NCBI RefSeq assembly: GCF_009914755.1
Contig: NC_060928.1
DNA length: 64,000 bases
Reading direction: 5' to 3' (one strand)
Source: the human T2T-CHM13v2.0 reference genome, Homo sapiens
Shown here: positions 1 through 14,183 of the stretch, in pieces
Layout of the letters: each line of letters starts with the position of its first letter
How positions within the stretch are numbered: position 1 is the first letter of the stretch
Notes under the pieces: generated by a model
What the model was told of the DNA's origin: nothing
Databases searched by the model: none
What the model saw: the letters and a program-made list of their open reading frames with translations, nothing else
Program-made: the position numbers and the translations under genes

Positions 1-2298
1 GGATCTCTGCATTACACATTAGAAGAATCTCCTTGAGTATTTGTAATTGTGGTGCTTATCAAAGTTGTTATGTAGAAGGAATGAATGCTTTTTTTCTATA
101 CACAAATGTTAGAATATTAATAGTAAACATTTTTGTTTCTCCCCTACTTCCTGTGAATACCTATCTAGAAATTTTATAGTTGGTTCTTGATTCTAGCGTG
201 TTTGTTTTGTTTTTTTTTTCCATTTCTACCTACATCACAAGGTGTGATGAATACTTTCCTGAAGTTACAATTAAAGTTTAGTTTTTTTTTTAATTCAGTT
301 TTAAGGACTTTGTTTTATGGTTGCCATTTTAACTATTTCAAAAATATAATCAGTCAAGAAATTTTCCTTAACAATAATTTGAAATGGAATTTAGCAACAG
401 AGAGGGATTGCCTAGATGATGATATGATTAGAAAGGCTGTGAATCTACAATGACAGGATTCACTCTCTATCTTGGAAAGCACTGTATAGCTTTTAATTAA
501 CAGGCCCACACAAATATGCATTTATTTGTTGCTAATAATTTATCAACGTTAAATTGGAAATAGTATAGGTTTGGTTAGTATTTTCCACTTTCAGAGAAAA
601 CGCTTGATGAAGGTTCACTAAGTTGGATAATGTGGAGTCTTGGAAAGTTATTTGAATGCTACTAGTACATTTTTATTTAAATACCAAAATGATGCATCAT
701 TTATTCAGATACAGTTCTCTTCTCAATTTCCGATGGGTTTATGTTTTAAAATTGTAATCAGTATTGTTACATGAAACTCTATCATGTGTTGGTATAACCT
801 TATCTACATGTGATATGAATGGAGATCTTTAACATTTGGATAAAATTTGGCAAAGATGTGACCCATAGATTATTGCCTCAACATTCAAAATACAAGAACT
901 GATTTCAATTTGGTTATTGTTTTCCATTTTGTGACCATAATTACTACTTTAAGAGTTCCAAATTACAGAAGCATGTAACTCTAAAATTTAATAAACCATA
1001 AATATGTGTTCTCTAGAAAAAAATAGTAAACATCAAGTTTCGTAATGTATTCAACAATTCAAAACCAATTTGGTTAAAAAAATTAAATGTAGGTCACATG
1101 CTTTCATATTTTATAACATGGCTTCTTTATTTCTCAGTATATGAATGAAAGGAGCACCAAATGTTTGTAAGTTGTCTATTCAGGAGTAGTTACCTAATTT
1201 AGCTGAATCATTCATCAGATAGTTCAATGTTAACCCAACTGAACTGAATATACATGAAAATAATACTGCCTTGCTATTCAGAATCAGATAGCAGTTATTT
1301 TATAGCACAAATGGGACTGAAATTATATATTTAAAGTGGGGTACCTTAAAAACATACCTACCCTAATTTCCAGTCAAGTTTTTTTCCTACTAAAGAGCAA
1401 TTTTTAAATTCAGAATTCATGAACACAAAAAATTCAAGAAAAAAGTCAGGAAAACAATGTATTTACTGAAAATAATACTAACCTCAAAGTCAGAAAAAAT
1501 AGTTCTAATAAGTGTCTGTAAGAACAGATGTTTCTGACTAGTTTTTGTACTGTGCCTTCTGATTTATTCCCTTTTCTTTTCAATTAATCAGTTTATTTCC
1601 TGTCATTTCCCTTTTTTCTGTATCTACTGTTCCACACAATGTATTTGCATTATTTATCATTCTATTTTAGATATAGCTTTGATTTTATTTGTTTTCTTCA
1701 TTCTTTGCCAGGCTTATAAACAGGATAGGACCAAGCTTCCACAGTAGTGAGGACTAACATAACTTTTCCTGTAACTGTGTTTGAAATATATCTTCAGATA
1801 ATCTGTCTGGTAAGGTTGCTTCAAACCTGAGTAAACCAATGCCTACTTGACTGTGCATTCTTAGGGAACAAAAGAAAGTGCATTGTCTCTATAACTTCAC
1901 ATGTAAGTGCACATATGTATTTAGGATTAAAGAAGCTCTAATCTTCAGAAGGTAGGCTTCAGTCAGAGAGTGAAGAGCAGGGAAAAGTTTTAAGTGGCAT
2001 GATAAAATCATCCACATACCACAGGAAGAGGCTAAGCTAATACAATAGATAGCTAGAAAGAGGGAAAGGCACAAAGGAAAAATGCAATATGTGTTATAAT
2101 CCTGTGGAAGGCAAATTCTGAATATTGCCTTTCTTTTGAGACCACAGTAATGATTTTACATGTAATTGAGCTGACCATTTTTGAGCTACTAAAGAGTAAA
2201 AGTTATGCTCTGTTCTGGTAAAAGAAAAAAAATAAATGACATTTTCTTTGATATATAAACAACAGTAATTACTATTCTAGGCTATTGAGTTTATTTAG

Positions 2299-2447
2299 GA
2301 TATATATATATATACACTCATATATATATAGGATATATATATAGGATATATATATATACACACTCATGTATATATATATACACTTGTATATATATATATA
2401 CATACACACACACATATACACATACATACACATATGTACACACACAC
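2299..2447. repeat. Compound (TA)n/(CA)n microsatellite
   Basis: Visible runs of TATATA and CACACA with GGA/CTC interruptions. Confidence 0.95.
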
Positions 2448-4467
2448 CTTCTGGTTTTAGCATAGGATGTAGAAAGCTGTAAAGAACATTGTTCATACCC
2501 TTATAATAACAACACAAAATCTGGAGAAAATTCAAATTCACAATTTTTCTTTAACCATCAGAGAGTTAAAGTCACACGGCAACCAACTAACCTGTACATA
2601 AGTAAAGATAGATACTGACAAGGTGAGACCAGTTGTAGCAGACACAGCCAGAACATAGAATTTTGCAAAAACAACAACAACAACAAAAAGGTTAATGAAT
2701 CAATGAGTCAAGTGTGAGATAGGAAGGAAATATAAATATGGTGAGAATTTGCACCTGCTTACAGGCTCTTTATAGACCTCACTGAATGCTCACATAAAAA
2801 TAATAGCAAGATTCCTGAGAAGCTGTCCCTTGTGCTAAAGGCTTGAAGAAGGGAACAACAGCTACTGCAAGAAAGGCACAAAACTCTATTCTGTTGCTTC
2901 CTTCCTTTATCCATTCAAAACAAAAGCCTAAAATGCAGGGGAAAGAGCAACAACACAGTCACTCTTAGGACCCTGGTGAAAATCCATTGCAGCTAGGGGA
3001 AGGGAGCAGAAAAAGATCATTTATTCTTGGGACAGATACAAAAATACATGATGGGCCTAGAACCACAGGTGGAGGAGAGGCTGTAGTACTGAGAAGGCCA
3101 CATCAGTGACAGCCAGGAACGTAGTGCCTGCTTTAAGACTTAGAGTTGATCAGAGAAAGAGAGAATGCCTCCCTTCTTGTTTTATAGACTAATAACGATT
3201 GAGTCATAAATAACAATGGGATATGACTAGGAAAGTCACAAGAGTGTGGAAAGAGATTTTCTCTGAAACACAGTGCAAAGGAGAGACCTAAAGCCAAAGG
3301 AGGGACTTACATCAGGAAAAACCCTATGACAAACCAGTCACTATTCTAAATGCAAGGTACTGTTAGAGAAAATTTAAGCTTGGGGGTAACCATAGCAACA
3401 ATAACAAACCCAGCTCAACACCTGCCTTTATTGACCTAGACTCCCACACTAAAGGCTTCATAGAAGGAAAAGCATGCTCATTTCTGGGCATACAGCTGAT
3501 TTATTAAAGTCTATAATGTCCTACATAAAATGTCTGCTTTCCACAGAATTTCTGGGGCATTCAGAGAAGCAAGAGAAAGCAAAGCACTGCCTAGTGATAA
3601 AAGAATCAACAGAATCAGATTCAGATATTATGAAGATATTGGAACTATTAACAAGGGGAATTAAAATAATTACAATTATTGTGTTAAATATTTTAATGGA
3701 AGAGTTTGACAGCATGAAAGAACAGATGTCTAATTACTGAGTTAGAGCTGTAAGAATGAATTGAGTGGAAATTCAATTCATTAAAAGCTCAGTAACAGAG
3801 ATGAGGAATGCCTGTGATGGTCTCATCTGTAAACTCAACACAGCCAAGGAGAGAATTATGAACTTGAAGAGAGAGGTCAATAGAAATTGCCCAACTGAAA
3901 CACAAAAGGAAAAAAATATGTGGTGGGATTATGGGATGGGGGAAGAACATTAAGGAGCTGTGGAAAAATATCAAGTCATCTAATTTATTTGTAATTGAAA
4001 TCCCAATGGAAGAAGAGAGAAAACAATAAAGAAGAAATGTTTGAGAAAAATGGCCACAAATTTTCTAAAATAATGGCACATACCAAATTATAGATCCAAG
4101 AAGCTTAAAGAACAAACAGATAAAAAACAATAACAACAACAAAACACAATCAGGCATATTATATTCAAAATGTAGAAAATCAGACAAGAAAAAGTCTGAA
4201 GGTAATCTGAAGAGGGAGAAATACATGCTATCTACAAAGAAACAAAGACAGGATTATAGTAGACTTCTCATCAGGTACTCTGTAAGCTATGAAGTGGCAT
4301 CTTTAAAGTTTTGAGAGGGATAAACTAACAAGCTAGCTACAAAACATTCTATAGTCAGTAACTATATCATCCAAAAATGGAAGGGAAATTGAAGTTTTTC
4401 TCAGACAAATAAATACTGAGAAACGTATTGCCAGCAAACCTGCACTATGAGAAATGTTAAGGGAAGA
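2448..4467 (+). mobile_element. Old L1M-type LINE-1 5' region and degenerate ORF1
   Basis: ORF 3765-3953 (SVTEMRNACDGLICKLNTAKERIMNLKREVNRNCPTETQKEK) resembles the L1 ORF1p coiled coil; ORF1 3' motifs (gacttctcatcag, ccagcaaacctgcactatgagaaatgttaa); A-rich sense strand; many stops. Confidence 0.8.
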
Positions 4468-5605
4468 AATTAACACTGGGAGTGGAATGAATGAAATGAA
4501 AACTTTGCTTTAAAAATATTTACATAAATATCTGTGCTATATTTATATATAATTTATGACATGTTGTGATTTAATGTGTGGCCTTATTTAAATTATATTT
4601 GCTGCTAAGATATTACCAAAATGACCATATTCCCAGTGTTTTTGTAGTTTATGCCTCTAACCTCTACAGTAGCTGTCTTGCAGACATTTCTTTTTATTTG
4701 TGTATATGTGTACATTTATCTGTCAATACAGTTTTATAATATATTAAAAGTTAATGATGAAACAGAAAATATGCACCCAGTATGGTACAGAGGAGAGGCA
4801 GGAACCAATACTGAACTATTAAAATATGAATGATCTAGTACTTCTTTTACTATCCCATACCTCTATACCTCAATGATTATAGTATGTATTTCATGTTGTT
4901 ACAGTTTTGTCTTACCAAAATTAACATATTCTTTTTCTATAGAAAACATATTCAAATGTTTGAACTGTTTGAAACTCAACATTAATTTTACATTGTCATA
5001 TGTGCTAACTAAACTTTTCATTACTCAAAGAACATTTGCCTATTATGAAATTATTCTAAAACAGAATAACATTTAAAGATTGAAAATTGAATAAATAAAT
5101 TTAATAGATAAGACATGTTGTGGGCTAATCCTAAAACAAAATAAAAGAATGTCTTGATTTTATATTTTCCTTTTAAATAATTAATGAGCTAACTAGTAAA
5201 TTAAGTTACCATTTTTAATAATTAGGAATAATCAGAATACTCTCTTAGAACTTTGACTTTTTGATTATTAAATTAGCACCTCTTATTAAAATCAATTTTT
5301 TCTTTTATATATATTATTTTATAAATATTTTACCTTTCACAGTATTAATAAATATCTGTAAGCACCCAAGACGGTGCTGGCGTTATTAAAGTGTTGGATC
5401 CTTCCTTATTAAAGCTTGCAGATAGGTAATAAGATCACTGATAACATAAATTAAAGTCAAGATTAAGGCAACATATTGAAGAAATGTATTAGTAAATATA
5501 ATTTAGATTTAGCAGTTAGGGCCCATTGATATCATGGATTTTGAGGGTAAATTTAATTTGATCTGTTATTACTTTTCTAGAATGTGTAAAATGTTTCAAA
5601 GGCTC

Positions 5606-6027
5606 TGTATTTGTTAGTTCTCGCACTGCTACGAAGAAACACCCGAGACTGGGGAATTTATAAAGAAAAGAGGTTTAATTGGCTCATGGTTGTACAAACC
5701 GTACAGGAAGCATGATGCTAGCATCTGCTGGGCTTCTGGGGATTCCTCAGGAAACTTACAGTCACGACAGAAGCAAAGGGGGCGCACACATATCACATGG
5801 CTGGAGCAGGAGCAAGAGAGAGAAGGGAGGTGCCAAAGAGTTTTAAACAGCCAGATCTCATGAAGAACTCGCTTGCTATCACGAGAACAGCACCAAGGGG
5901 ACGGTGCTAAACCATTCACTAGAAAGTGCCCCTATGATTCAGTCCCCTCCCACCAGGCCCCACCTCCAACAGTGGGGATTACAATTTGCCATGGGATTTG
6001 GCGGGGACACAGATTCAAAGCATGTGA
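5606..6027 (-). mobile_element. MST-family (MSTA/MSTB-like) MaLR solo LTR
   Basis: gagactggggaatttataaagaaaagaggtttaattggctcatgg...gggacacagattcaaagcat matches the reverse-complemented MST LTR; perfect 5-bp TSD GGCTC at 5601-5605 and 6028-6032. Confidence 0.92.
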
Positions 6028-8686
6028 GGCTCTGAGTAAAGAAAAGCATGAGAAATTGCCATGAGCTGACAATACATAATTGTAAATGTTCCTAGAGATT
6101 CTTGATTCCAGTCCATCCACATCACAGATAAATTATTGAAAGATTAATTGGTTTACCCAACATCCAAGACTTTGTGATAAACGCAGACTTCTAACTCATT
6201 TGTCCCATTTTTTTCTTCCAAGGTTGTTTTCTTTAATATTTCTGTTAAAGCATCATGTCCTCTTCCCCCTAAATTTGGAAAGTTTTCCTCTATCAAACTA
6301 GCAAGCGATGCCTGAGTAACTCTTGAAAGGCGAATAGAAGTTAGTTGTTGAATGTGAACAAGAGCAAGTCCAGGAGCATGTGGAAGGCCTGGCAGAACCC
6401 AGAACACAGCTTGTTTGAGGAGCTGTATGTACATGGTCCACAGAGCTAGAGAACTGGGTATTTGTACAACTGAAAGATTCCCTTGCAGTGTGTGAAAAAG
6501 ACAGTGTCTGTTATAAATCAAACAAAATTCATGAATATTGCTGTTATTTCTCTTGTTTGAATAAGCTTTGTATCATTTTAAGGCAAAAGACACTGAATTT
6601 TTATTAAAATTCAGGGTTCTGTTTTTTTTAAGTTGTCCAAAATTATGTTCAAATAATTTGAACTTAATTATGCTTACGCTAGATTACTCAGACAACCCAA
6701 AATAAGCTATTTTAAGTCCATTCTTCAATTTGTTTGTGAAATGAGATAAATATTACTTATGATCTAATCTTTATATCAAATAATTAGATATAATTGGAAA
6801 TAAATATAGATAATTTTTGTTTTGTTTTGCTTTGCTTCTTAAAGAACAAGCAGATCAGGGACTTCAACTCATTGCAGAAGTCTGATATGAATGGCAAGCC
6901 CTTAAATTGTAGCTGTATTAGGCCTCAATGTATTACAATATGTAAAGAAAGAAGGCATCCATCAGAAGTGGAGCATTTAAGAATCATTAAAACAGAGCAA
7001 AAATAAATTTTAAAAAAGTCAGGAGGTGAATCATTTTTATTTATTGTGGAAATGAAGGTATTGGTTAACTGAGCTCAATGCTTGAGTATCCACTTGTCTA
7101 TACTATTCCATGCTCCATATGTACCCCTCTCATTATGATCTGTTATCTCCTCTCCCATATGACATCTACAGAGAGAATATAAGGCTGGGACCTGGGACCC
7201 TTAAGTATACGGTTCCTTCAGCAGTGACAATTCAGATTAGAAACTGATAAATTAACATTGAATTTTAGACATCTTTCACATGAACTTGTTTAGATAAGCC
7301 TGTCTATAAAAAATAATTTGCCTGTTTTTAAATTTGAAAAGAATAAATGTAAAATCTGGAGACAAAAAAAATGCACTGAGATCAGATTTCATGGGAGACC
7401 CTCACAGGAACATTCCTTAGAGTTCCTTTCCCACTCAGCACCATCCACTACAACCCTTGTTGTACTGGCCAACTGTCATTTAGAATCACGTGTACATATA
7501 TAAATAGATCTTTTATTTTCTTAATGTCTGTCGTTTGGGTATTTATAGCATTTGGAAACTCGGTACACATAGATGTACAGCAACCACTTAATTGAGGGTC
7601 TTTTGTTATTATCAATGTTGTAAAATTTAACTTGAACAGATTAAGGTAAGTCCTTCTATTAAGAGTCTTTTTCTAATGTATTATTTTTATGCATAAAATG
7701 TAAATTAGTACACCAAATGAATAACATGTTATTTGTTTACCACTGCTTTTGTTTCAATTGACATGGGAAAGGAAAATAAATCATCCCTTATAAGTAAATA
7801 TGCATTGAACATTGAGGTTATTCTATAAAAACTTGTTGGTGAGAATGCATTCAATGCACGTTTTGAAGTAGTTCTACATTTTATTCTGTATGTCTTTTTA
7901 AAATTTTGTTTTCTGCAAGATGTTGTTTAAGTTAGAAAGTGGGATCTATGGTGATTTTTTTTTAACTTTTATTTATTATAAACCAGAGAATGAGTTTCTT
8001 TGTTCTCATGTCAAGGAATAGCCAAAAGAGGCAAAACATTAAAAAGAATAGCAAAAGATATTATGTGGTCAGGCTGTCAAGTTTAAAAGCCTTTAAAAAT
8101 TACATTATATTTGTTTGATCTGCAAAAATTTAAGGCTATAATTGCTTTTCAAGTTATGTACTCTGAAAGCTTTCCTCTGGCCTTTCAGGAGTTAAGAGCT
8201 TAGAGTCTTCCTTTTCATCCTCCCCAGCCCTCTTTTTTTTTATTCCTTCATTCTACATTTCATGTTGAGGTCGCTCATTTATTGTGGGTAGCTGTAATGG
8301 AATGGTCAAGAAGTCAAGCATTCAGGGAAGAAAATGAAAATTGTGTGTCTGACTTCTTGATATTACAAGTAATTTAAATTTCTTAAAGAAACTATAGTTC
8401 CTTAATAATATTTGCTGCATTTAGTTGAATTTTTATGATACTCATTTCTAAATCATCAGCAATATAGAAATATATGTGAAAATTTCCTTTTAATGGGTTA
8501 TAGTTTGTGCAAACTTGTACAAATTATATGTGTACACCTTACTAACAGAAGCATGTTTTGGACAAGATCATTTGGGAAATTCTAGTGGAGACTTAATACG
8601 TTATTTAATCTTCCTGATAGATCCGAAAAGTGAAACCTTGTCCCATTTTAAAATAATATGTCGAACTCTCTTATTGACTATCTGCT

Positions 8687-9134
8687 TGTCTTAGTTTCCT
8701 AGGCCTGCCTAACAAGTTACCACAAACTCAGTGGCTTAAAACAACACAAATACATTCTCTTCTGGAGGCCTGAAATGCAAAATCAGGATGGCAACAGGGT
8801 TTGTTCCTTCTGGAGGTTTGAAGGAGAGTCTGTTTTGAGCCCATCTGTTAGCTCTAGAGGCTGTCAGGGGTTCCTGATGTTTCTTGGCTTGTGAACACTA
8901 CTCTAGTCTCTCCCCCTGTTTCCGCATGGCTCTTCCTGTGTATACCTCCAACTTCCCTTGTTTTTAATTTCATAAACTCATTGGATTTAGGATTCATCCA
9001 AGATAATCTCATCTTATCTAAACATCCTTAGCCTAATTACATTGTACAGATCCTATTTTCAAATGAGTCCAACTAAGGTATCAAGGGCTCCAAGTTGTAC
9101 ATATATTTTGGGAGTGTGTATTCAGCATGCTACA
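8687..9134 (-). mobile_element. MLT1 (C/D-like) MaLR solo LTR
   Basis: tgtcttagtttcctaggcctgcctaacaagttaccacaaactcagtggcttaaaacaaca... is typical of the MLT1 reverse strand; ends ...ctaca. Confidence 0.85.
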
Positions 9135-10685
9135 GACAGAGTACAATGCCAGAGTCAGAATTCAAATTTCTTTTCCTGACTTTATTGCACAAATTATTTT
9201 CATTGTTCTACTCCAACTCAATAACAACAAATATGGTTCAGGTATCATATTAGGTAGAAGACGATACTCTTAACAAGATGACTAAAACACAGTTCTTGCC
9301 TTAGGTGCTTGCTTACACAGTAGTGGAATATGGCAAACCCTTTAATTTCCAAAAAGCTAGCAATGTTATCTCAATATAATGACAGTGAGAAAATATGATT
9401 TAAGCTATCTAATGAAATATATGACCAATACTACCTTTTTGGTTAGAGATTTTTCTGTATTGTTTATAATTTTGAAAATGGCAAAATGAAATAATTCAAG
9501 TAAATGCAGTGGATCTTAGTTTTTATAGGATATAAATAGAATTGCAAATTTCTTCTTGTATCAGAAAGTGAGATAGACAAAATATACAAGAAATTAATTT
9601 TTAAAGAAATACAGTATTGTTTGTAAAGAGGCAAAATTTTTACTACAGTTAGTCTCCAAAAATACCATAAAGATTTTGAGTACAAAATTTATTAGAAAGT
9701 AAGTCTGTTATCTAAATGGTTATATATTTTTTTCTGAAGAAACGTTAATATTTAATTACTGAAATATGGGAAAGTAAATATTTTGAAAAATTAAAATATC
9801 AATTTTATTATTTTACAAAGTTCATGAACAATTATTTTAGAAAACATAGAAATCTGAGAGTTATAAAGATGTATTTATATTCATGCATATGTGATATTGC
9901 ATAATGCATACAAAGAGAAACCTCTAGGTTTGTTTGTTCTGGTTGTTGCTCTTTTTGTCATTATTCTAGAGAAGAGTGGCTCATGATGATAGCACATCAC
10001 AGTTTTCCTATTTGCTCTTTGGTGTTACGCATCATACCATGAATCAGCCTCCTGTGTTTTTATGTATGTCTCAGTAATTTGATATAAATAGCTGTTTTAA
10101 AAGCCATTTGAGTATATTTTGTATTAGGTTATTTTATGCAGAAAAAAATACAAATTAAAACAAAAAATCTTTAACCTAGGGACTTTATAGTAACTAAATA
10201 AAGATGTATGCCTTCTATAAGTATAGCGGTCTATCAAAGTATTTCCATGATAATGTGGCTTTTTGAAATGAAATATTGAAGTCATTCCTCAAAATCTTAA
10301 TTTGAAATCAGATTTGAAGTCACACAAATTTTCAGGTAGTTTGTCTCAAGTCTGAGTGTATAATGCCTTTCTAAAACAAAGTAATCATAAGTGAAGTGTA
10401 TACAAAGTACAAATGGTTTTGGGTAACTAAGATTAACAAAGAATGTGGCTTAAGTTTCTGGCAGCCAAAAAAAGAGAAAGCTCATTTTATTAGAAAAAGC
10501 TTTCTAAGTTTTTCCATAGAACACCACTCCCTTAGAAACATAACCTTAAAGGGAGGGAGAAGAAGTTAGAATCAAATCACTTTGGGGAATCCCATATACT
10601 ATAATTTTTCCCTCCTAGAGACTTACAGTGTATAAAAGCATAGTAAAGTCTTCATATTTTTCTGGTGTAAACAGAAGTGTCTAAC

Positions 10686-10687
<2 letters not shown>

Positions 10688-10734
<47 letters not shown>
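10688..10734. repeat. (TA)n microsatellite, followed by AT-rich low-complexity sequence to ~10920
   Basis: About 23 uninterrupted TA units. Confidence 0.97.
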
Positions 10735-10738
<4 letters not shown>

Positions 10739-11621
10739 TTATTTTAATTAAATATACAGTTATCTGTATAATTATAGATATAGATATAAAAATAACAATA
10801 TAACTATAGATGCTTTATATGTTAATATATAGTTAACATATAGTTATGTGTATAATAGTTGAATATATAGGTATATATAGTTATGTGTATATATATAAGT
10901 ATATAAGATAAATATATATGTACTTCTTCCCAAATAGTATCATCTCTTTTATTTTAAGAACTTTAAATACTATCCCAGACAATTTCAATTCAATGTATTC
11001 TATACATTGTAAATCACTGACAAGGTTAGAGGGAATTTATTACCAGACTGGGATTTTTTAAAATCTACCAAAAACCACAAATAATGACACAGTATGCAAG
11101 TTTATTTACTGCACCCATCTTTTTTACTTAGCACAGTTTTTAAAAAGGAATTTTTATCTGGTTTCTTTTTCAAATTATAATGAATGTTATATTTTTTAAA
11201 AAATACATCAAAATGTTGTGAAGATTTTGGGTTAAAAAAAAACAGGACAAGATATTGCCAGCAATCCTTAAAGAGGACTAGTGGTTGCTATAGAGATGAG
11301 TGTATCCCAGGCAGAAGACAAAATTAAGCAAAGAATGTAAAGGAATGTTCAGGGTTAAATGAGGCTTGGAAAGTAAGTTTTGGTTAGGCAGTGAAGAGTC
11401 TTGGCTAAAGAGTGTATATCCTCTGAGAAATTTCTTAGCATTTCATTTTACCTTTTTCTTCTCCTCTCTTTTAATAAACTTATGTTATGTTTGTAAAAAA
11501 GACAGATACATTTTAAAAACAGGCTGCAGAAACAGCAAGAGCAGGATAGCAGTAAACAGTTTCCCCAAAGAAAAAAGTAAAAAGCCAAGAATGTTCTGCT
11601 CACCTGAGGAGAATGGATGCT

Positions 11622-11636
11622 TGTGTGTGTGTGTGT

Positions 11637-11686
<50 letters not shown>
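11622..11686. repeat. (TG)n microsatellite
   Basis: About 32 TG units with one TA interruption. Confidence 0.97.
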
Positions 11687-11688
<2 letters not shown>

Positions 11689-12479
11689 GGGAGACAGATG
11701 TGGATAAGGAGGGAGAAAAAATCTTCTAGTATGATGAGAGTAGGTGAGATAATTGTATATGAAGTAAAAGATTTAGATTTCTGAGTTTAATATTTTGTAG
11801 AATAAGCAATTTCAGACAATGACAGGATCCAGGTTGCACCCATGGGCATGGAAGACTGAATGAAGTAGGGCCAAAAGTCACACAAGGGAAAAGTTCAAGG
11901 TTAGACTGGAAAATAGGAGGTAAAATCACCTAGATGACAGCAGGAATTGCCAAAGGATAGAAAACTTTTGATCATGTGGTGAAATTCTCAATAGAAATAA
12001 GGACAGTATGTAAGCAGACAGCCAACCAACAAATGAAAAAAGGAAAATACCATGTATAAAGGAAAAACCATTTTAAAGGAGAATTGGGGTACTTGAGGAA
12101 AAGTGGTAAAAACAGTATTTTTTGAATAAGCAGTTTGTAGCCACAATGATGTTAAATCTAGAGCCTGACCTTGAAAGACGTGCATGAGAATTGCATGGAT
12201 GTGGATAAAATAGATAAAAATTTGTTCACTTAATTAGGAAACTCAAGGAATTCACAAAGCATAATAATAGGTAGTGTTAAGAAGGAAAAAATCCTACATG
12301 GAGAAGCATAAGTAGGGAACTGATGAATTTGATGTTGAATGAAAATGGCTGGGATGACAAATAATAAAGAGTTTTACTATTAACTGTGATTATGAGATAC
12401 AGTAAAGGGGCTATCAAGTAGAAATAAGTATTAGAAAAGTGGATCAGTCAGATTTCCGTGCAAGTATTAGATACTACTT

Positions 12480-12860
12480 AAATTGGAAATTACAAAATTG
12501 TTGGAAGTGCTGCTGAATTGGAAATCAGGACACCTGTCATTGTTCATTCTTGCCACCACAGGCAAGATGCAGTTGCTGGAAGCTGCAGAAAACCACTGTG
12601 AACATCACAGCTGCCCAGAGCTCAAATGACCACATAGCAGAATATGATGCCGTATGTGGGAGCCTATGTGTCAGCCACCATTCCTGCTAAAGGAGACCTG
12701 CCCTTGGCCTTTTGCCTTCCTTTTACCTTCAAAATTTTATTTCATCCTTGGCAGAGTCTAAAACACATGCTGTACTCTGATGGCAAGGGAAAATGGTGAA
12801 TGTGGTTTCCAGGATTCAGGCCAATTCAAAAAAGCACTTAGAACATACAAGAGCGTGGGA
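12480..12860 (-). mobile_element. Degenerate old MLT1-like LTR fragment
   Basis: Motif ttggcagagtctaaaacacatgctgtactctgatggcaagggaaaatggtgaatgtggtttcc resembles old MLT1 LTRs; boundaries uncertain. Confidence 0.4.
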
Positions 12861-13169
12861 ATGGAGACTAACTAAGAAGGGCAAAATATTTATGAAAGTA
12901 AGAGTAAAAATATCATAGGAAAAAAACCTTCTTTACAGTTTTAAGTTAAACTTTGGCAAGTTCTTTTGTTGAGCATGGAGGCATCCTGGCCTGTAAGACT
13001 ACAATATGTAGTCCTAATATACAGAACCAAATAAACAGAGAGATCACAGACAAACTTAATGCTCTCACATATTACCAGCTTTTACAAAATCCTCCACAAG
13101 TGCTGGGTAATAGCTGACTACATAGTTCCCAAAACCCAAAAGGGGGAAAATCAACCATATGTTTTAGCA

Positions 13170-13372
13170 CAGTGGTTCTCTAAGTGTGGTGTCTAGACGA
13201 GCAGCAGCACCAGCAGCAGCAGCATCTGTGAACTGGTGAGAAAGGCAAATACTTTGGACCTCTACCCAGACCTACTAAATAAAAAATGTTGTGGGTGGGG
13301 TTCTGCATTCTATGTTTAACAGGCTATGTTAAACATTCTATGTTTATACATGCTAGAGTTTGTGAACCACTG
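13170..13372 (+). mobile_element. MER5A hAT-Charlie DNA transposon (MITE)
   Basis: TIRs cagtggttctc...gaaccactg; internal cagcagcatc, cccagacctact, gggtgggg motifs. Confidence 0.9.
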
Positions 13373-13665
13373 CTTTAAATAAAAGAACAGTGGTTATAGG
13401 CATATATTAAAATATTAAATATTATGGTAAAATTTAAGCTCCATAATGCCCTTTTAAGAGTGAGGCAGACACAAATTTGATGAGATTACACTGAATTAAA
13501 GCATACTTGTTTTTCTTAATATGCTACATTTGTGAGGTACAAATGGTATATCTGTGGATTTTTAAGTTAAACTGTCTTTTAAAAAAATGCAAACATTATC
13601 TCACTTGAGAAATTATTGTTTGACTTCATTTACTAAAGGCCCAACTATACCTTTTTGGTAGTCAA

Positions 13666-13858
13666 AATAATAATAGCCGACATTCATCTAGTACTTGCAA
13701 TATGTCAAGGACTTATCTGTGCATCATACTTACACTAATTTATTTAGTACTTACCTATGGGATAGTTGTCAGTATTATTATCATCCCCTTTTTTTGCAGA
13801 TGAAAAAGTAGAGGTAGTGACAACTGAGATTTCAAAGCTAACTAGTTTGATTCCAGTC
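13666..13858 (-). mobile_element. MIR SINE
   Basis: aataatagccgacatt..., tattattatcatccccttttttgcagatgaaaaagtagagg match the reverse-complemented MIR core. Confidence 0.75.
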
Positions 13859-14183
13859 TTTTATTTGGTACCAGCCATACAGCGTAAATAAGAAAATAGT
13901 ACTACAAGGATATTTCCATACTCTATGCATCTTTCTAACAAATAAAAACTGATTTTTTATATGCATGTGCAAAATTGACAAATGGTACCTTTCTGTAAAA
14001 GTCACAATAAAAAATTTTAGCAGGGACTTTTTCTACCTGAAAGTTTTTTTTTTTTTTAAATACATATATTAGTCCTCATAATGTTGTTAAATGCTGTTAC
14101 TAAGTTAAAATTGGCTTTAAAATCATACTGCCATAAATAATTTTTGCTTTAAATGAACGACTTGCTACTCTGATATCTAATTT
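13840..14183 (-). other. Candidate terminal exon (short coding tail plus 3' UTR) of an unidentified minus-strand gene
   Basis: Minus strand: CTAAC branch point (14252-14248), ~60-nt AG-free U/C-rich tract, ccactAG|AAATTAGATATCAG; AU-rich body; AATAAA at 13865-13860; locally retained CpGs. The phase-1 reading gives (E)IRYQSSKSFI* with stop at 14151-14149. 3' end approximate. Confidence 0.55.
13860..13865 (-). terminator. Candidate polyadenylation signal AATAAA
   Basis: tttatt on the + strand ~320 nt downstream of the 14183 acceptor. Confidence 0.45.

Noticed and set aside
190-290. Plus-strand pyrimidine tract and ...cacaAG|GTGTGATGA, a possible acceptor (ORF 187-453)
   Set aside because: Weak AAG acceptor, no donor or recognisable peptide; T runs are common here.
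6153-6521. 122-aa ORF, the longest outside recognised repeats
   Set aside because: No recognisable domain, no true ATG at the called start and no convincing flanking splice sites; the length is compatible with chance.
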